The position numbers were made by a program, and so were the translations under genes. The notes under the pieces are model-generated. The model did no database searches and was not told where the DNA came from. It was given only the letters and a program-made list of their open reading frames with translations. This document shows, piece after piece, positions 60,968-64,000 of a stretch of DNA of 64,000 bases (its first letter is position 1; each line of letters begins with the position of its first letter). Source of the DNA: Candidatus Marinacidobacterales bacterium (GTDB lineage Bacteria > Acidobacteriota > Vicinamibacteria > Marinacidobacterales > DATDRI01); assembly GCA_965219415.1 (NCBI GenBank), contig CBDCNP010000002.1, positions 3,808,001-3,872,000 of the forward strand. Reading direction: 5' to 3'.

Positions 60968-62809
60968 ATGTGCGGAATCATCGGTTACGTGGGACCCCAG
61001 CCGACGGTCGAAGTGCTGATCGATGGGCTCAAGCGCCTCGAATACCGAGGCTACGACTCGGCGGGTTTAGCGGTCGTCCGGAACGGAACACTCAACGTCC
61101 TCCGCTCCCAAGGGAACCTCAACAATCTCGAGCGCCAGCTATCGAAAGCCGAGCTCGATGGAAGCTACGGCCTCGGCCATACCCGTTGGGCCACTCACGG
61201 CCGTCCCAACGAAGAGAACGCGCACCCTCACCGAGACTGCACCGACACTTTGGTCGTCGTTCACAACGGCATCGTCGAAAACTATCTCGAGCTCAAAGCC
61301 AAGCTCTCGGAGGAGGGTCATCGTTTCGTCACCGAGACCGATACCGAGGTCATCGCTCACCTGATCGAGAAGCATCTCGATAAGAGCCTGGAGCGGGCAG
61401 TCTTGGACGCTCTCAAGGAGCTCGAAGGCGTTTTCGCATTCGCCTCCCTCTCCGCGAAAGACCCGGACAAACTTGTCGCCGCTCGTAACGGTCCACCCCT
61501 GGTCATTGGGCTGGGAGAAAACGAGGCCTTCATCGCCTCGGACGTTCCGGCCTTCCTCGCTCACAGCCGCGACGTCGTCTTTCTCGACGATGGTGAGGTG
61601 GCAGTCGTTCGTTCCGACGGGGTTGTCCTCATGGATCGTGACGGCGTCGAAAAAGACTGCTCTCCGACGCGCATTACGTGGGACCCGGTCAAGGTGGAGA
61701 AACAAGGATTCAAGCACTTCATGCTCAAGGAGATCTATGAGCAACCGCGCACGGTCCGAGACACTCTACTCGGGCGGTATTCTCTCGATAGCGGGTGCGT
61801 ACACCTCGAGGAAGCCGGGTTGCAAGAGGATCTCATCAAGCGGCTCGAGAAGATCACCATCCTTGCCTGCGGTACGAGCTGGCATGCGGCGCTTGTCGGA
61901 AAATTCCTCATCGAGGCCAACGCACACTTGCCGGTGCAAGTAGACGTGGCTTCGGAGTTCCGCTACCGACACCTCATTCTCGGGAAGGACGATCTGGTCG
62001 TCGGCATCAGCCAATCGGGAGAGACCGCGGACACGCTGGCGGCACTTCGCGCGGCCGGTGACAGTGGCGCCACAACCCTGGCTATCTGTAACGTGACCGG
62101 GAGCATGGCGACCCGTGTCTCAAGCGCGACGCTATACACCCACGCCGGACCCGAGATCGGTGTGGCCTCCACGAAAACGTTTGCCGCGCAGCTGGTGGCG
62201 CTGCACCTGCTGGCCCTTTACCTCGCGCAGGGTCGAGGCGGCCTTTCTTCCGAACAAGTGCGAGAGCGACTCAACGAGCTTGCGAGGGTCGCCCATTTTA
62301 TAGAGCAAGTGCTCACCCTCTCTCCGGAGATCGAGTCCATCGCCAGAGATTTCTATCTGGCGCCCAATTTTCTCTATTTGGGGCGCGGCCTCCTCTACCC
62401 CATTGCGCTCGAGGGGGCTCTCAAGCTCAAAGAGCTCTCCTATATTCATGCCGAGGGATACCCGGCGGGCGAAATGAAACACGGACCGATCGCGCTCATC
62501 GATGAACGCATGCCGGTGGTAGCGCTCGCTCCGTCCGACTCGCTTTTCGAGAAAATGGCCAACAACATCCAGGAAGCCAAGGCGCGCGGCGCCCGCCTCA
62601 TCGTTTTTGGAACCGAGGGCGAGTCCCGCCTCAAGGAGATCCTCGATGACGAGCACGATCGGCTCGTCGAGCTTCCGCCGCATCCCGCAGCCGTTTCCCC
62701 ACTGCTCATGGTCGTGCCGCTCCAACTGCTCGCTTATCACATCGCCGTCGCTCGCGGGTGCGACGTCGATCAGCCCCGCAACCTGGCGAAGTCGGTGACT
62801 GTTGAGTAG
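60968..62809 (+). CDS. glmS: Glutamine--fructose-6-phosphate aminotransferase
   Basis: MCGIIG start, LEYRGYDSAG, GHTRWATHG, SQSGETADT, PRNLAKSVTVE. Confidence 0.97.
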   Translation: MCGIIGYVGPQPTVEVLIDGLKRLEYRGYDSAGLAVVRNGTLNVLRSQGNLNNLERQLSKAELDGSYGLGHTRWATHGRPNEENAHPHRDCTDTLVVVHNGIVENYLELKAKLSEEGHRFVTETDTEVIAHLIEKHLDKSLERAVLDALKELEGVFAFASLSAKDPDKLVAARNGPPLVIGLGENEAFIASDVPAFLAHSRDVVFLDDGEVAVVRSDGVVLMDRDGVEKDCSPTRITWDPVKVEKQGFKHFMLKEIYEQPRTVRDTLLGRYSLDSGCVHLEEAGLQEDLIKRLEKITILACGTSWHAALVGKFLIEANAHLPVQVDVASEFRYRHLILGKDDLVVGISQSGETADTLAALRAAGDSGATTLAICNVTGSMATRVSSATLYTHAGPEIGVASTKTFAAQLVALHLLALYLAQGRGGLSSEQVRERLNELARVAHFIEQVLTLSPEIESIARDFYLAPNFLYLGRGLLYPIALEGALKLKELSYIHAEGYPAGEMKHGPIALIDERMPVVALAPSDSLFEKMANNIQEAKARGARLIVFGTEGESRLKEILDDEHDRLVELPPHPAAVSPLLMVVPLQLLAYHIAVARGCDVDQPRNLAKSVTVE

Positions 62810-64000
62810 TTCGGACCCCAAGGCTCCCGACATACTCTCCGAGCTCAATCCCGGCCAGACGGCTGCGGTCACGGCACCGGACGGACCCGTGCTAGTGCTC
62901 GCCGGCGCGGGTTCGGGAAAGACTCGAGCCATCGCGCACCGCGTGGCCTTTCTCATAGGAGAAAGGAACGCCCCGCCTTGGACGATCTTGGCGCTCACGT
63001 TCACCAACAGGGCGGCCGGCGAGATGCGCTCGCGCGTCGAAGCCTTGGTCGGAGAAGCGGCACCCGATCTGTGGATCTCGACGTTCCACTCTCTCGGCCT
63101 TCGCCTCCTCCGGCGCTTCGGCACCGATATCGGTTTACCTTCGGAGTTCGTCGTTCACGACGAACAAGATCGCCGAACTCTGCTCCGGCGAGTTCTCATG
63201 GAGATCGGCGTCACCGAGCGCGAGTATCCGCTTGCGCGAGTCGCGTCCGCCGTATCCGCCAGGAAAAACGCCGCCTTCGGAAGTGAGGTGTCTCCCCGCT
63301 GGTGGAGAGAACGCGATCGACTCGTCCTCGACCGCGCTCTCGAGCGCTACCAAAAATCCCTTGAAGATGCAGGCGGTGTCGACTTCGACGACCTTCTCAT
63401 CCGCTCCGTAGAACTGCTGGAGTGCTCCGAAAAAACACGCGCCTTCGCCGAGCGACGCTTCCGGCACCTCTTGGTGGATGAGTACCAGGACACCAACCGG
63501 ATTCAGTACCGTTTGATGCGGCTCCTCGCCCCCCACCAAAACGTCTTCGTGGTGGGTGACGAGGATCAATCCATCTACAACTTTCGGGGGGCGGATCTTC
63601 GAAACATTCTCGACTTCGAGAAAGACTTCCCGGGCGCGCAGCTGGTTAAGCTCGAGGACAACTACCGTTCCACCAGTGCCATTCTTGAGGCGGCGAGCAG
63701 TCTCATCGCCCACAACGAAGAACGCAAAGGGAAGAAACTTGTCGCTAAGCGCGGCGAAGGAGAGGCGCCTCGAGTCTATGCGGCAGAGACGGATTGGACC
63801 GAGTGTCACTTCGTCGCGGATCAGATCGAGTCGCTCCGCCAAGAGTCGACCACTAGCCGCGTCGCGGTTCTCTTCCGCACCCACGCACAGACACGTCTCT
63901 TCGAAGAGGAGTTCGTACGCCGAGGCATCCCTCACCTCCTGGTGGGCGGGCAGCGGTTCTACGAACGGCGTGAGGTCAAAGACGCCCTCTGCTACCTGCG
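62802..64000 (+). CDS. pcrA: UvrD/PcrA superfamily 1 DNA helicase (runs off the window end; absent from the supplied ORF track)
   Basis: Manual translation: LNPGQTAAV, VLAGAGSGKT, LTFTNRAA, STFHS, VDEYQDTN, VGDEDQSIYNFRGA, NYRST. Confidence 0.93.
   Translation, partial: MSSSDPKAPDILSELNPGQTAAVTAPDGPVLVLAGAGSGKTRAIAHRVAFLIGERNAPPWTILALTFTNRAAGEMRSRVEALVGEAAPDLWISTFHSLGLRLLRRFGTDIGLPSEFVVHDEQDRRTLLRRVLMEIGVTEREYPLARVASAVSARKNAAFGSEVSPRWWRERDRLVLDRALERYQKSLEDAGGVDFDDLLIRSVELLECSEKTRAFAERRFRHLLVDEYQDTNRIQYRLMRLLAPHQNVFVVGDEDQSIYNFRGADLRNILDFEKDFPGAQLVKLEDNYRSTSAILEAASSLIAHNEERKGKKLVAKRGEGEAPRVYAAETDWTECHFVADQIESLRQESTTSRVAVLFRTHAQTRLFEEEFVRRGIPHLLVGGQRFYERREVKDALCYL

Noticed and set aside
60940-60970. 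glmS ribozyme
   Set aside because: Only 7 nt separate glmU and glmS, leaving no room for the RNA.
1-64000. tRNA, rRNA, prophage or anti-phage defence genes
   Set aside because: No cloverleaf or rRNA signatures in the intergenic gaps, and no integrase, phage structural or recognisable defence domains were seen by eye.

Overview
GC-rich bacterial chromosome segment. Gene content (LPS-type GT9, outer-membrane DUF481 protein, VPS10/BNR hydrolase, many GT-C membrane glycosyltransferases) suggests a diderm, possibly Acidobacteriota-like organism; this is inference. About 50 genes. There are three surface-glycan clusters: 6.4-15.8 kb; 31.8-44.9 kb, which includes a nonulosonic-acid module with two NeuB-family synthases; and 50.3-53.3 kb. 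Housekeeping genes include alr, clpC, pfkA, rsmI, glmS and uvrD/pcrA (partial). Mobile DNA comprises an intact IS256 and a decayed ISL3, both with visible ends and target duplications, plus a mosaic region around mutT with duplicated gene ends, a group II intron 3' remnant and an IS91-like transposase remnant. Top candidate for a new system: a TPR-yvcK/glmR-glmU*-glmS gene run in which GlmU has lost its uridyltransferase motifs but keeps the acetyltransferase domain, next to GlmR, a family reported to have GlcNAc-1-P uridyltransferase activity. This suggests a split or displaced UDP-GlcNAc pathway. Many single-base frameshifts in short homopolymers, including in alr, are most likely sequencing errors. 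No rRNA, tRNA or CRISPR array was seen.
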